Shown here piece after piece: positions 11,901 through 25,900 of a stretch of DNA of 64,000 bases (its first letter is position 1; the number at the start of each line of letters is the position of its first letter). A program made the translations under genes and the position numbers. The stretch covers positions 136,276,001-136,340,000 of the forward strand of contig OZ024743.1 in assembly GCA_964016885.1 (NCBI GenBank). The letters are read 5' to 3'. Under the pieces are notes generated by a model. The model was not told the origin of the DNA. It did not search any database and saw nothing but the letters and a program-made list of their open reading frames with translations. Source of the stretch: Eledone cirrhosa (Eukaryota).

Positions 11901-14900
11901 GTGCTTGGTGTTTGGTGCTTGGTGCTTGGTGCTTGGTTATTAGTGTTTGGTGCTTGGTGCTTGGGGTTTGGTGTTTGGTGCTTGGTGCTTGGTGTTTGGT
12001 GTTTGCTGTATGGTGTTTGCTGTTTCGTGTTTGGTGTTTGCTGTTTGGTGTTTAATGCTTGGTGCTTGGTGCTTGGTGTTTGGTGCTTGGTGCTTGGTGC
12101 TTGGTGCTTGGCGTTTGCTCTTTGCTGTTTGGTGTTTGGTGCTTGCTGTTTGGTGTTTGGTGTTTGGTGTTTGGTGTTTGGTGCTTGCTGTTTGGTGCTT
12201 GGTGCTTGGTGTTTGGTGTTTGGTGTTTGGTGCTTGGTGCTTGGTGTTTGGTGCTTGTTGCTTGGTGCTGGGTGTTTGTGCTTGTTGCTTGGTGTTTGGT
12301 GCTTGGTGCGTGGTGCTTGGTGTTTGGTGTTTGGTGCTTGCTGCTTGGTGCTTGGTGTTTGGTGCTTGGTGCTTGGTGATTAGTGTTTGGTGCATGGTGC
12401 TTGGTGTTTGTTGTTTGGTGCTTGGTGCTTGGTGTTTGGTGCTTGGTGCTTGCTGTTTGGTGTTTGGTGTTTGGTGCTTGGTGCTTGGTCTTTGGTCTTT
12501 GGTGTTTGGTGTTTGGTGCTTGGTGCTTGGTGTTTGGTGCTTGGTGTTTGGTGCTTGGTGTATGTGCTTGGTCCTTGGTGCTTGGTGCTTGGTTCTTGGT
12601 GTTTGGTGCTTGGTGTTTGGTGCTTGGTGTTTGGTGCTTGGTGCTTGGTGTTTGGTACTTGGTGCTTGGTGTTTGGTGTTTGGTGCTTGGTGTTTGGTGC
12701 TTGGTGCTTGGTGCTTGGTGTTAAGTGTTTGGTGTTTGCTGTATGGTGTTTGCTGTTTCGTGTTTGGTGTTTGCTGTTTGGTGTTTAATGCTTGGTGCTT
12801 GGTGCTTGGTGTTTGGTGCTTGGTGCTTGGTGCTTGGTGCTTGGCGTTTGCTCTTTGCTTTTTGGTGTTTGGTGCTTGCTGTTTGGTGTTTGGTGTTTGG
12901 TGTTTGGTGTTTGGTGCTTGCTGTTTGGTGCTTGGTGCTTGGTGTTTGGTGTTTGGTGTTTGGTGCTTGGTACTTGGTGTTTGGTGCTTGGTGCTTGGTG
13001 CTGGGTGTTTGGTGCTTGTTGCTTGGTGTTTGGTGCTTGGTGCTTGATGTTTGGTGCTTGGTGTTTGGTCCTTGGTGCTTGGTGCTTGGTCTTTGGTGCT
13101 GGGGGTTTGGTGTTTGGTGCTTGGTGCTTGGTGTTTGGTGCTTGGTGCTTGGCGCTTGGTGTTTGGTGTTTGGTGCTTGCTGCTTGGTGCTTGGTGTTTG
13201 TTGTTTGGTGCTTGGTGCTTGGTGTTTGGTGCTTGGTGCTTGCTGTTTGGTGTTTGGTGTTTGGTGCTTGGTGCTTGGTGTTTGGTGCTTGGTGTTTGGT
13301 GCTTGGTGTATGTACTTGGTGCTTGGTGCTTGGTGTTTGGTGCTTGGTTCTTGGTGTTTGGTGCTTGGTGCTTGGTGCTTGGTGTTTGGTGCTTGGTGCT
13401 TGGTGTTTGGTACTTGGTGCTTGGTGTTTGGTGTTTGGTGCTTGGTGTTTGGTGCTTGGTGCTTGGTGCTTGGTGTTAAGTGTTTGGTGCTTGGTGCTTG
13501 GTGTTTGGTGCTTCGTGCTTGGTGCTTGGTGTTTGGTGCTTGGTGCTTGGTGTTTGGTGCTTGGTGCTTGGTGTTGGTACTTGGTGCTTGGTGTTTGGTG
13601 TTTGGTGCTTGGTGTTTGGTGCTTGGTGCTTGGTGCTTGGTGTTAAGTGTTTGGTGCTTGGTGCTTGGTGTTTGGTGCTTCGTGCTTGGTGTTTGGTGTT
13701 TGGTGCTAGGTGCTTGGTGCTTGGTGTTTGGTGCTTGGTGCTTGGTGTTTGGTGCTTGGTGCTTGGGGGTGGTGTTTGGTGCTTGCTGCTTGGTGTTTGG
13801 TGCTTGGTGCTTGGTGCTTGGTGTTTGGTGTTTGGTGTTTGGTGCTTGGTGTTTGGTGCTTGGTGCTTGGTGCTGGGTGGTTGATGTTTGGTGCTTGGTG
13901 CTTGGTGTTTGGTGCTTGGTGCTTGGTGCTTATTGTTTGGTGCTTGGTGCTTGGTGCTTGGGGCTTGGCCTTTGGTGCTTGGTGTTTGCTGTTTGGTGTT
14001 TGGTGTTTGTGCTTGGTGCTTGGTGCTTGGTGTTTGGTGCTAGGTGCTTGACGCTTGGCGTTTGGTGCTTGGTGCTTGGTGCTTGGTGATTAGTGTTTGG
14101 TGCTTGGTGCTTGGGGTTTGGTGTTTGGTATTTGCTGTTTGGTGTTTGCTGTATGGTGTTTGCTGTTTTGTGTTTCGTGTTTGCTGTTTGGTGTTTGGTG
14201 CTTGGTGCTTGGTGCTTGGTGTTTGGTGCTTGGTGCTTGGTGCTTGGTGTTTGGCGTTTGCTGTTTGCTGTTTGGTGTTTGGTGTTTGCTGTTTGGTGTT
14301 TGCTGTTTGGTGTTTGGTGCTTGGTGCTTGGTGGCTGGTGTTTGGTGCTTGGTGTTTGGATTTTGGTGCTTGGTTCTTGGTGCCTGGTGTTTCGTGCTTG
14401 GTGCTTGGTGCTTGGTGTTTGGTGTTTGGTGCTTGGTGTTTGGTATTTGGTGCTTGGTGCTTGGTGCTTGGTGTTTGGTGCTTGGTGCTTGGTGCTTGGT
14501 GTTTGATGCTGCGTGCTTGGTGTTTGGTGTTTGGTGCTTGATGCTTGGTGTTTGTTGTTTGGAGCTTGGTGCCTGGTGCTTGTTGTTTGGTGCCTCGTGC
14601 TTGTTGTTTGGTGTTTGGTGCTTGGTGCTTGGTGTTTGGTGCTTGGTGCTTGGTGCTTGGTGTTCGGTGCTTGGTGCTTGGTGTTTGGTGCTTGGTGCTT
14701 GGTGTTTGGTGCTTGGTGTTTGGTGCTTGGTGCTTGGTGCTTGGTGCTTGGTGTTAGGTGTTTGGTGCTTGGTGCTTGGTGTTTGATGTTTGGTCCTTGG
14801 TGCTTGGTGTTTGGTGTTTGGTGCTTGGTGCTTGGTGTTTGGTGTTTGGTGCTTGCTGCTTGGTGCTTGGTGTTTTGTGTTTGGAGTTTGGTGTTTGGTG

Positions 14901-16900
14901 TTTGGTGCTTCGGTCTTGGTGCTTGGTGTTTGGTGCTTGGTGCTTGGTGTTTGGTGCTTGGTGCCTGGTGCTTGTTGTTTGGTGCTTGGTGCTTGGTGTT
15001 TGATGATTGGTGCTTGGTGTTTGGTGCTTGGTGCTTGGTGCTTGGTGCTTGGTGTTAGGTGTTTGGTGCTTTGTGCTTGGTGTTTGATGTTTGGTCCTTG
15101 GTGCTTGGTGTTTGGTGTTTGGTGCTTGGTGCTTGGTGTTTGGTGTTTGGTGCTTGGTGCTTGGTGTTTGGTGCTTGCTGCTTGCTGCTTGGGTTTTGGT
15201 GCTTGGTGATTGGTGCTTGGTGTTTTGTGCTTGGTGCTTGGTGTTTGGTGTTTGGTGTTTGGTGCTTGGTGCTTGGTGCTTGGTGCTTGGTGCTTGGTGT
15301 TTGGTGCTGCGTGCTTGGTGTTTGGTGTCTGGAGTTTGGTGCTTGGTGCTTGGTGCCTGGTGTTTCGTGCTTGGTGCTTGGTGCTTGGTGTTTGGTGTTT
15401 GGTGCTTGGTGTTTGGTGTTTGGTACTTGGTGTTTGGTGCTTGGTGCCTGGTGCTTGGTGTTTGGTGCTTGGTGCTTGGTGTTTGGTGATTGGTGCTTGG
15501 TGTTTGGTGATTGGTGCTTGATGCTTGGTGCTTGGTGTTAGGTGTTTGGTGCTTGGTGCTTGGTGTTTGATGTTTGGTCCTTGGTGCTTGGTGTTTGGTG
15601 TTTGGTGCTTGGTGCTTGGTGTTTGGTGTTTGGTGCTTGCTGCTTGCTGCTTGGTGTTTGGTGCTTGGTGATTGGTGCTTGGTGTTTTGTGCTTGGTGCT
15701 TGGTGTTTGGTGTTTGGTGCTAGGGGCTTAGTGCTTGGTGTTTGGTGTTTGGTGCTTGGTGCTTGCTGTTTGGTGTTTGGTGCTTGGTGCGTGGGACTTA
15801 GTGTTTGGTGTTTGGTGCTTGGTGTTTGGTGCTTGGTGTTTGGGGCTTGGTGTTCGGTGCTTGGTGCTTGGTGCTTGGGGCTTGGTGTTTGTTGTTTGGT
15901 GCTTGGTGCTTGGTCTTTGGTGCTTGGTGTTTGGTGTTTGGTGCTTGGTGCTTGGTGCTTGGTTTTTGGTGCTTGGTGCTTGGTGCTTGGTGTTTGGTGC
16001 TTGGTGCTTGGTGCTTGTTGTTTGGTGCTTGGTGCTTGGTCTTTGGTGCTTGGTGTTTGGTGTTTGGTGCTTGGTGCTTGGTGTTTGGTGCTTGGTGCCT
16101 GGTGTTTAGTGTTTGGTGCTTGGTGCTTGGTGTTTGGTGATTGGTGCTTGGTGCTTGGTGCTTAGTGCTTGGTGTTTGGTGTTTGGTGCTTGGTGTTTGG
16201 TGTTTGGTGTTTGATGCTTGGTTTTTGCTGCTTGGTGCTTGGTGCCTGGTGCTTGGTGCTTGGTGCTTGTTGTTTGGTGCTTGTTGCTTGGTTATTAGTC
16301 TTTGGTGCTTGGTGCTTGGTGTTTGGTGTTTCGTGCTTCGTGTCTAGTGTTTGGGTTTTGGTGTTTGGTGTTTGCTGTATGGTGTTTGCTGTTTCGTGTT
16401 TGGTGCTTCGTGCTTGGTGCTTGGTGTTTGGTGCATGGTGCTTGGTGTTTGAGGCTTGGTGCCTGGTGCTTTGTGTTTGGTGCTAGGTGCTTGGTGCTTG
16501 GTCTTTGGTGTTTGGTGCTTGGTGCTTGGTGCTTGGTGTTTGGTGCTTGGTGCTTGGTGCTTGGTTATTAGTGTTTGGTGCTTGGTGCTTGGGGTTTGGT
16601 GTTTGGTGCTTGGTGCTTGGTGTTTGGTGTTTGCTGTATGGTGTTTGCTGTTTCGTGTTTGGTGTTTGCTGTTTGGTGTTTAATGCTTGGTGCTTCGTGC
16701 TTGGTGTTTGGTGCTTGGTGCTTGGTGCTTGGTGCTTGGCGTTTGCTCTTTGCTGTTTGGTGTTTGGTGCTTGCTGTTTGGTGTTTGGTGTTTGGTGTTT
16801 GGTGTTTGGTGCTTGCTGTTTGGTGCTTGGTGCTTGGTGTTTGGTGTTTGGTGTTTGGTGCTTGGTGCTTGGTGTTTGGTGCTTGGTGCTTGGTGCTGGG
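8990..16900 (+). repeat. Higher-order direct duplication, offset 4628-4642 bp (about 9.0-12.27 kb vs about 13.64-16.9 kb)
   Basis: Near-identical ORF-track entries 9402/14044 (4642), 10914/15542 (4628) and 11859/16487 (4628). Shared markers are GACGCTTGGCG, GCTAGGGGCTTAG, GCGTGGGACTTAG and CTTCGTGTCTAG. Confidence 0.85.
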
Positions 16901-19900
16901 TGTTTGGTGCTTGTTGCTTGGTGTTTGGTGCTTGGTGCTTGATGCTTGGTGCTTGGTGTTTGGTCCTTGGTGCTTGGTGCTTGGTCTTTGGTGCTTGGGG
17001 TTTGGTGTTTGGTGCTTGGTGCTTGGTGTTTGGTGTTTCGTGCTTGGTGCTTGGTGCTTGGTGTTTGGCGTTTGCTGTTTGCTGTTTGGTGTTTGGTGTT
17101 TGCTGTTTGGTGTTTGCTGTTCGGTGTTTGGTGCTTGGTGCTTGGTGGCTGGTGTTTGGTGCTTGGTGTTTGAATTTTGGTGCTTGGTGCTTGGTGCCTG
17201 GTGTTTCGTGCTTGGTGCTTGGTGCTTGGTGTTTGGTGTTTGGTGCTTGGTGTTTGGTATTTGGTGCTTGGTGCTTGGTGCTTGGTGTTTGGTGCTTGGT
17301 GCTTGGTGCTTGGTGTTTGATGCTGCGTGCTTGGTGTTTGGTGTTTGGTGCTTGATGCTTGGTGTTTGTTGTTTGGAGCTTGGTGCCTGGTGCTTGTTGT
17401 TTGGTGCCTCGTGCTTGTTGTTTGGTGTTTGGTGCTTGGTGCTTGGTGTTTGGTGCTTGGTGCTTGGTGCTTGGTGTTTGGTGCTTGGTGCTTGGTGCTT
17501 GGTGCTTGGTGCTTGGTGTTAGGTGTTTGGTGCTTGGTGCTTGGTGTTTGATGTTTGGTCCTTGGTGCTTGGTGTTTGGTGTTTGGTGCTTGGTGCTTGG
17601 TGTTTGGTGTTTGGTGCTTGGTGCTTGGTGCTTGGTGTTTTGTTTTTGAAGTTTGGTGCTTGGTGTTTGGTGCTTCGGTCTTGGTGCTTGGTGTTTGGTG
17701 CTTGGTGCTTGGTGTTTGGTGCTTGTTGCCTGGTGCTTGTTGTTTGGTGCTTGGTGCTTGGTGTTTGATGATTGGTGCTTGGTGTTTGGTGCTTGGTGCT
17801 TGGTGCTTGGTGTTAGGTGTTTGGTGCTTGGTGCTTGGTGTTTGATGTTTGGTCCTTGGCGCTTGGTGTTTGGTGCTTGGTGCTTGGTGTTTGGTGTTTG
17901 GTGCTTGGTGCTTGGTGTTTGGTGCTTGCTGCTTGCTGCTTGGGTTTTGGTGCTTGGTGATTGGTGCTTGGTGTTTTGTGCTTGGTTCTTGGTGTTTGGT
18001 GTTTGGTGTTTGGTGCTTGGTGCTTGGTGCTTGGTGCTTGGTGCTTGGTGTTTGGTGCTGCGTGCTTGGTGTTTGGTGTCTGGAGTTTGGTGCTTGGTGC
18101 TTGGTGCCTGGTGTTTCGTGCTTGGTGCTTGGTGCTTGGTGTTTGGTGTTTGGTGCTTGGTGTTTGGTGTTTGGTACTTGGTGTTTGGTGCTTGGTGCCT
18201 GGTGCTTGGTGTTTGGTGCTTGGTGCTTGGTGTTTGGTGATTGGTGCTTGGTGTTTGGTGATTGGTGCTTGATGCTTGGTGCTTGGTGTTAGGTGTTTGG
18301 TGCTTGGTGCTTGGTGTTTGATGTTTGGTCCTTGGTGCTTGGAGTTTGGTGTTTGGTGCTTGGTGCTTGGTGTTTGGTGTTTGGTGCTTGCTGCTTGCTG
18401 CTTGGTGTTTGGTGCTTGGTGATTGGTGCTTGGTGTTTTGTGCTTGGTGCTTGGTGTTTGGTGTTTGGTGCTAGGGGCTTAGTGCTTGGTGCTTGGTGTT
18501 TGGTGCTTGGTGCTTGCTGTTTGGTGTTTGGTGCTTGGTGCGTGGGACTTAGTGTTTGGTGTTTGGTGCTTGGTGTTTGGTGCTTGGTGTTTGGGGCTTG
18601 GTGTTCGGTGCTTGGTGCTTGGTGCTTGGGGCTTGGTGTTTGTTGTTTGGTGCTTGGTGCTTGGTCTTTGGTGGTTGGTGTTTGCTGTTTGGTGCTTGGT
18701 GCTTGGTGCTTGGTTTTTGGTGCTTGGTGCTTGGTGCTTGGTGTTTGGTGCTTGGTGCTTGGTGCTTGTTGTTTGGTGCTTGGTGCTTGGTCTTTGGTGC
18801 TTGGTGTTTGGTGTTTGGTGCTTGGAGCTTGGTGTTTGGTGCTTGGTGCCTGGTGTTTAGTGTTTGGTGCTTGGTGCTTGGTGTTTGGTGATTGGTGCTT
18901 GGTGCTTGGTGCTTAGTGCTTGGTGTTTGGTGTTTGGTGCTTGGTGTTTGGTGTTTGGTGTTTGATGCTTGGTTTTTGCTGCTTGGTGCTTGGTGCTTGG
19001 TGCTTGGTGTTCTGTGTTTGGTGCTTGGTGCTTGGTGCCTGGTGCTTGGTGCTTGGTGCTTGTTGTTTGGTGCTTGGTGCTTGGTTATTAGTCTTTGGTG
19101 CTTGGTGCTTGGTGTTTGGTGTTTCGTGCTTGGTGTCTAGTGTTTGGGTTTTGGTGTTTGGTGTTTGCTGTATGGTGTTTGCTGTTTCGTGTTTGGTGCT
19201 TCGTGCTTGGTGCTTGGTGTTTGGTGCATGGTGCTTGGTGTTTGAGGCTTGGTGCCTGGTGCTTTGTGTTTGGTGCTAGGTGCTTGGTGCTTGGTCTTTG
19301 GTGTTTGGTGCTTGGTGCTTGGTGCTTGGTGTTTGGTGCTTGGTGCTTGGTGCTTGGTTATTAGTGTTTGGTGCTTGGTGCTTGGGGTTTGGTGTTTGGT
19401 GCTTGGTGCTTGGTGTTTGGTGTTTGCTGTATGGTGTTTGCTGTTTCGTGTTTGGTGTTTGCTGTTTGGTGTTTAATGCTTGGTGCTTGGTGCTTGGTGT
19501 TTGGTGCTTGGTGCTTGGTGCTTGGTGCTTGGCGTTTGCTCTTTGCTGTTTGGTGTTTGGTGCTTGCTGTTTGGTGTTTGGTGTTTGGTGTTTGGTGCTT
19601 GCTGTTTGGTGCTTGGTGCTTGGTGTTTGGTGTTTGGTGTTTGGTGCTTGGTGCTTGGTGTTTGGTGCTTGGTGCTTGGTGCTGGGTGTTTGGTGCTTGT
19701 TGCTTGGTGTTTGGTGCTTGGTGCTTGATGCTTGGTGCTTGGTGTTTGGTCCTTGGTGCTTGGTGCTTGGTCTTTGGTGCTTGGGGTTTGGTGTTTGGTG
19801 CTTGGTGCTTGGTGTTTGGTGCTTGGTGCTTGGTGCTTGGTGTTTGGTGTTTGGTGCTTGCTGCTTGGTGCTTGGTGTTTGGTGCTTGGTGCTTGGTGAT

Positions 19901-22900
19901 TAGTGTTTGGTGCATGGTGCTTGGTGTTTGTTGTTTGGTGCTTGGTGCTTGGTGTTTGGTGCTTGGTGCTTGCTGTTTGTTGGTGGTGTTTGGTGCTTGG
20001 TGCTTGGTGTTTGGTGTTTGGTGTTTGGTGTTTGGTGTTTGGTGTTTGGTGTTTGGTGTTTGGTGCTTGCTGTTTGGTGCTTGGTGCTTGGTGTTTGGTG
20101 TTTGGTGTTTGGTGCTTGGTGCTTGGTGTTTGGTGCTTGGTGCTTGGTGCTGGGTGTTTGGTGCTTGTTGCTTGGTGTTTGGTGCTTGGTGCTTGATGCT
20201 TGGTGCTTGGTGTTTGGTCCTTGGTGCTTGGTGCTTGGTCTTTGGTGCTTGGGGTTTGGTGTTTGGTGCTTGGTGCTTGGTGTTTGGTGTTTCGTGCTTG
20301 GTGCTTGGTGCTTGGTGTTTGGTGTTTGGTGTTTGCTGTTTGGTGTTTGCTGTTTGGTGTTTGGTGCTTGGTGCTTGGTGGCTGGTGTTTGGTGCTTGGT
20401 GTTTGAATTTTGGTGCTTGGTGCTTGGTGCCTGGTGTTTCGTGCTTGGTGCTTGGTGCTTGGTGTTTGGTGTTTGGTGCTTGGTGTTTGGTATTTGGTGC
20501 TTGGTGCTTGGTGCTTGGTGTTTGGTGCTTGGTGCTTGGTGCTTGGTGTTTGATGCTGCGTGCTTGGTGTTTGGTGTTTGGTGCTTGATGCTTGGTGTTT
20601 GTTGTTTGGAGCTTGGTGCCTGGTGCTTGTTGTTTGGTGCCTCGTGCTTGTTGTTTGGTGTTTGGTGCTTGGTGCTTGGTGTTTGGTGCTTGGTGCTTGG
20701 TGCTTGGTGTTTGGTGCTTGGTGCTTGGTGTTTGGTGCTTGGTGCTTGGTGTTTGGTGCTTGGTGTTTGGTGCTTGGTGCTTGGTGCTTGGTGCTTGGTG
20801 TTAGGTGTTTGGTGCTTGGTGCTTGGTGTTTGATGTTTGGTCCTTGGTGCTTGGTATTTGGTGTTTGGTGCTTGGTGCTTGGTGTTTGGTGTTTGGTGCT
20901 TGGTGCTTGGTACTTGGTGTTTTGTGTTTGAAGTTTGGTGCTTGGTGTTTGGTGCTTCGGTCTAGGTGCTTGGTGTTTGGTGCTTGGTGCTTGGTGTTTG
21001 GTGCTTGGTGCTTGGTGTTTGGTGCTTGTTGCCTGGTGCTTGTTGTTTGGTGCTTGGTGCTTGGTGTTTGATGATTGGTGCTTGGTGTTTGGTGCTTGGT
21101 GCTTGGTGCTTGGTGTTAGGTGTTTGGTGCTTGGTGCTTGGTGTTTGGTGCTTGGTGCTTGGTGCTTATTGTTTGGTGCTTGGTGCTTGGTGCTTGGGGC
21201 TTGGCCTTTGGTGTTTGGTGTTTGCTGTTTGGTGTTTGGTGTTTGTGCTTGGTGCTTGGTGCTTGGTGTTTGGTGCTAGGTGCTTGACGCTTGGCGTTTG
21301 GTGCTTGGTGCTTGGTGCTTGGTGATTAGTGTTTGGTGCTTGGTGCTTGGGGTTTGGTGTTTGGTATTTGCTGTTTGGTGTTTGCTGTATGGTGTTTGCT
21401 GTTTTGTGTTTCGTGTTTGCTGTTTGGTGTTTGGTGCTTGGTGCTTGGTGCTTGGTGTTTCGTGCTTGGTGCTTGGTGCTTGGTGTTTGGCGTTTGCTGT
21501 TTGCTGTTTGGTGTTTGGTGTTTGCTGTTTGGTGTTTGCTGTTTGGTGTTTGGTGCTTGGTGCTTGGTGGCTGGTGTTTGGTGCTTGGTGTTTGGATTTT
21601 GGTGCTTGGTGCTTGGTGCCTGGTGTTTCGTGCTTGGTGCTTGGTGCTTGGTGTTTGGTGTTTGGTGCTTGGTGTTTGGTATTTGGTGCTTGGTGCTTGG
21701 TGCTTGGTGTTTGGTGCTTGGTGCTTGGTGCTTGGTGTTTGATGCTGCGTGCTTGGTGTTTGGTGTTTGGTGCTTGATGCTTGGTGTTTGTTGTTTGGAG
21801 CTTGGTGCCTGGTGCTTGTTGTTTGGTGCCTCGTGCTTGTTGTTTGGTGTTTGGTGCTTGGTGCTTGGTGTTTGGTGCTTGGTGCTTGGTGCTTGGTGTT
21901 CGGTGCTTGGTGCTTGGTGTTTGGTGCTTGGTGCTTGGTGTTTGGTGCTTGGTGTTTGGTGCTTGGTGCTTGGTGCTTGGTGCTTGGTGTTAGGTGTTTG
22001 GTGCTTGGTGCTTGGTGTTTGATGTTTGGTCCTTGGTGCTTGGTGTTTGGTGTTTGGTGCTTGGTGCTTGGTGTTTGGTGTTTGGTGCTTGCTGCTTGGT
22101 GCTTGGTGTTTTGTGTTTGGAGTTTGGTGTTTGGTGTTTGGTGCTTCGGTCTTGGTGCTTGGTGTTTGGTGCTTGGTGCTTGGTGTTTGGTGCTTGGTGC
22201 CTGGTGCTTGTTGTTTGGTGCTTGGTGCTTGGTGTTTGATGATTGGTGCTTGGTGTTTGGTGCTTGGTGCTTGGTGCTTGGTGTTAGGTGTTTGGTGCTT
22301 TGTGCTTGGTGTTTGATGTTTGGTCCTTGGTGCTTGGTGTTTGGTGTTTGGTGCTTGGTGCTTGGTGTTTGGTGTTTGGTGCTTGGTGCTTGGTGTTTGG
22401 TGCTTGCTGCTTGCTGCTTGGGTTTTGGTGCTTGGTGATTGGTGCTTGGTGTTTTGTGCTTGGTGCTTGGTGTTTGGTGTTTGGTGTTTGGTGCTTGGTG
22501 CTTGGTGCTTGGTGCTTGGTGCTTGGTGTTTGGTGCTGCGTGCTTGGTGTTTGGTGTCTGGAGTTTGGTGCTTGGTGCTTGGTGCCTGGTGTTTCGTGCT
22601 TGGTGCTTGGTGCTTGGTGTTTGGTGTTTGGTGCTTGGTGTTTGGTGTTTGGTACTTGGTGTTTGGTGCTTGGTGCCTGGTGCTTGGTGTTTGGTGCTTG
22701 GTGCTTGGTGTTTGGTGATTGGTGCTTGGTGTTTGGTGATTGGTGCTTGATGCTTGGTGCTTGGTGTTAGGTGTTTGGTGCTTGGTGCTTGGTGTTTGAT
22801 GTTTGGTCCTTGGTGCTTGGTGTTTGGTGTTTGGTGCTTGGTGCTTGGTGTTTGGTGTTTGGTGCTTGCTGCTTGCTGCTTGGTGTTTGGTGCTTGGTGA

Positions 22901-25900
22901 TTGGTGCTTGGTGTTTTGTGCTTGGTGCTTGGTGTTTGGTGTTTGGTGCTAGGGGCTTAGTGCTTGGTGCTTGGTGTTTGGTGCTTGGTGCTTGCTGTTT
23001 GGTGTTTGGTGCTTGGTGCGTGGGACTTAGTGTTTGGTGTTTGGTGCTTGGTGTTTGGTGCTTGGTGTTTGGGGCTTGGTGTTCGGTGCTTGGTGCTTGG
23101 TGCTTGGGGCTTGGTGTTTGTTGTTTGGTGCTTGGTGCTTGGTCTTTGGTGCTTGGTGTTTGGTGTTTGGTGCTTGGTGCTTGGTGCTTGGTTTTTGGTG
23201 CTTGGTGCTTGGTGCTTGGTGTTTGGTGCTTGGTGCTTGGTGCTTGTTGTTTGGTGCTTGGTGCTTGGTCTTTGGTGCTTGGTGTTTGGTGTTTGGTGCT
23301 TGGTGCTTGGTGTTTGGTGCTTGGTGCCTGGTGTTTAGTGTTTGGTGCTTGGTGCTTGGTGTTTGGTGATTGGTGCTTGGTGCTTGGTGCTTAGTGCTTG
23401 GTGTTTGGTGTTTGGTGCTTGGTGTTTGGTGTTTGGTGTTTGATGCTTGGTTTTTGCTGCTTGGTGCTTGGTGCCTGGTGCTTGGTGCTTGGTGCTTGTT
23501 GTTTGGTGCTTGGTGCTTGGTTATTAGTCTTTGGTGCTTGGTGCTTGGTGTTTGGTGTTTCGTGCTTCGTGTCTAGTGTTTGGGTTTTGGTGTTTGGTGT
23601 TTGCTGTATGGTGTTTGCTGTTTCGTGTTTGGTGCTTCGTGCTTGGTGCTTGGTGTTTGGTGCATGGTGCTTGGTGTTTGAGGCTTGGTGCCTGGTGCTT
23701 TGTGTTTGGTGCTAGGTGCTTGGTGCTTGGTCTTTGGTGTTTGGTGCCTGGTGCTTGGTGCTTGGTGTTTGGTGCTTGGTGCTTGGTGCTTGGTTATTAG
23801 TGTTTGGTGCTTGGTGCTTGGGGTTTGGTGTTTGGTGCTTGGTGCTTGGTGTTTGGTGTTTGCTGTATGGTGTTTGCTGTTTCGTGTTTGGTGTTTGCTG
23901 TTTGGTGTTTAATGCTTGGTGCTTCGTGCTTGGTGTTTGGTGCTTGGTGCTTGGTGCTTGGTGCTTGGCGTTTGCTCTTTGCTGTTTGGTGTTTGGTGCT
24001 TGCTGTTTGGTGTTTGGTGTTTGGTGTTTGGTGTTTGGTGCTTGCTGTTTGGTGCTTGGTGCTTGGTGTTTGGTGTTTGGTGTTTGGTGCTTGGTGCTTG
24101 GTGTTTGGTGCTTGGTGCTTGGTGCTGGGTGTTTGGTGCTTGTTGCTTGGTGTTTGGTGCTTGGTGCTTGATGCTTGGTGCTTGGTGTTTGGTCCTTGGT
24201 GCTTGGTGCTTGGTCTTTGGTGCTTGGGGTTTGGTGTTTGGTGCTTGGTGCTTGGTGTTTGGTGTTTCGTGCTTGGTGCTTGGTGCTTGGTGTTTGGCGT
24301 TTGCTGTTTGCTGTTTGGTGTTTGGTGTTTGCTGTTTGGTGTTTGCTGTTCGGTGTTTGGTGCTTGGTGCTTGGTGGCTGGTGTTTGGTGCTTGGTGTTT
24401 GAATTTTGGTGCTTGGTGCTTGGTGCCTGGTGTTTCGTGCTTGGTGCTTGGTGCTTGGTGTTTGGTGTTTGGTGCTTGGTGTTTGGTATTTGGTGCTTGG
24501 TGCTTGGTGCTTGGTGTTTGGTGCTTGGTGCTTGGTGCTTGGTGTTTGATGCTGCGTGCTTGGTGTTTGGTGTTTGGTGCTTGATGCTTGGTGTTTGTTG
24601 TTTGGAGCTTGGTGCCTGGTGCTTGTTGTTTGGTGCCTCGTGCTTGTTGTTTGGTTTTTGGTGCTTGGTGCTTGGTGTTTGGTGCTTGGTGCTTGGTGCT
24701 TGGTGTTTGTTGCTTGGTGCTTGGTGCTTGGTGCTTGGTGCTTGGTGTTAGGTGTTTGGTGCTTGGTGCTTGGTGTTTGATGTTTGGTCCTTGGTGCTTG
24801 GTGTTTGGTGTTTGGTGCTTGGTGCTTGGTGTTTGGTGTTTGGTGCTTGGTGCTTGGTGCTTGGTGTTTTGTGTTTGAAGTTTGGTGCTTGGTGTTTGGT
24901 GCTTCGGTCTTGGTGCTTGGTGTTTGGTGCTTGGTGCTTGGTGTTTGGTGCTTGTTGCCTGGTGCTTGTTGTTTGGTGCTTGGTGCTTGGTGTTTGATGA
25001 TTGGTGCTTGGTGTTTGGTGCTTGGTGCTTGGTGCTTGGTGTTAGGTGTTTGGTGCTTGGTGCTTGGTGTTTGATGTTTGGTCCTTGGCGCTTGGTGTTT
25101 GGTGTTTGGTGCTTGGTGCTTGGTGTTTGGTGTTTGGTGCTTGGTGCTTGGTGTTTGGTGCTTGCTGCTTGCTGCTTGGGTTTTGGTGCTTGGTGATTGG
25201 TGCTTGGTGTTTTGTGCTTGGTGCTTGGTGTTTGGTGTTTGGTGTTTGGTGCTTGGTGCTTGGTGCTTGGTGCTTGGTGCTTGGTGTTTGGTGCTGCGTG
25301 CTTGGTGTTTGGTGTCTGGAGTTTGGTGCTTGGTGCTTGGTGCCTGGTGTTTCGTGCTTGGTGCTTGGTGCTTGGTGTTTGGTGTTTGGTGCTTGGTGTT
25401 TGGTGTTTGGTACTTGGTGTTTGGTGCTTGGTGCCTGGTGCTTGGTGTTTGGTGCTTGGTGCTTGGTGTTTGGTGATTGGTGCTTGGTGTTTGGTGATTG
25501 GTGCTTGATGCTTGGTGCTTGGTGTTAGGTGTTTGGTGCTTGGTGCTTGGTGTTTGATGTTTGGTCCTTGGTGCTTGGAGTTTGGTGTTTGGTGCTTGGT
25601 GCTTGGTGTTTGGTGTTTGGTGCTTGCTGCTTGCTGCTTGGTGTTTGGTGCTTGGTGATTGGTGCTTGGTGTTTTGTGCTTGGTGCTTGGTGTTTGGTGT
25701 TTGGTGCTAGGGGCTTAGTGCTTGGTGCTTGGTGTTTGGTGCTTGGTGCTTGCTGTTTGGTGTTTGGTGCTTGGTGCGTGGGACTTAGTGTTTGGTGTTT
25801 GGTGCTTGGTGTTTGGTGCTTGGTGTTTGGGGCTTGGTGTTCGGTGCTTGGTGCTTGGTGCTTGGGGCTTGGTGTTTGTTGTTTGGTGCTTGGTGCTTGG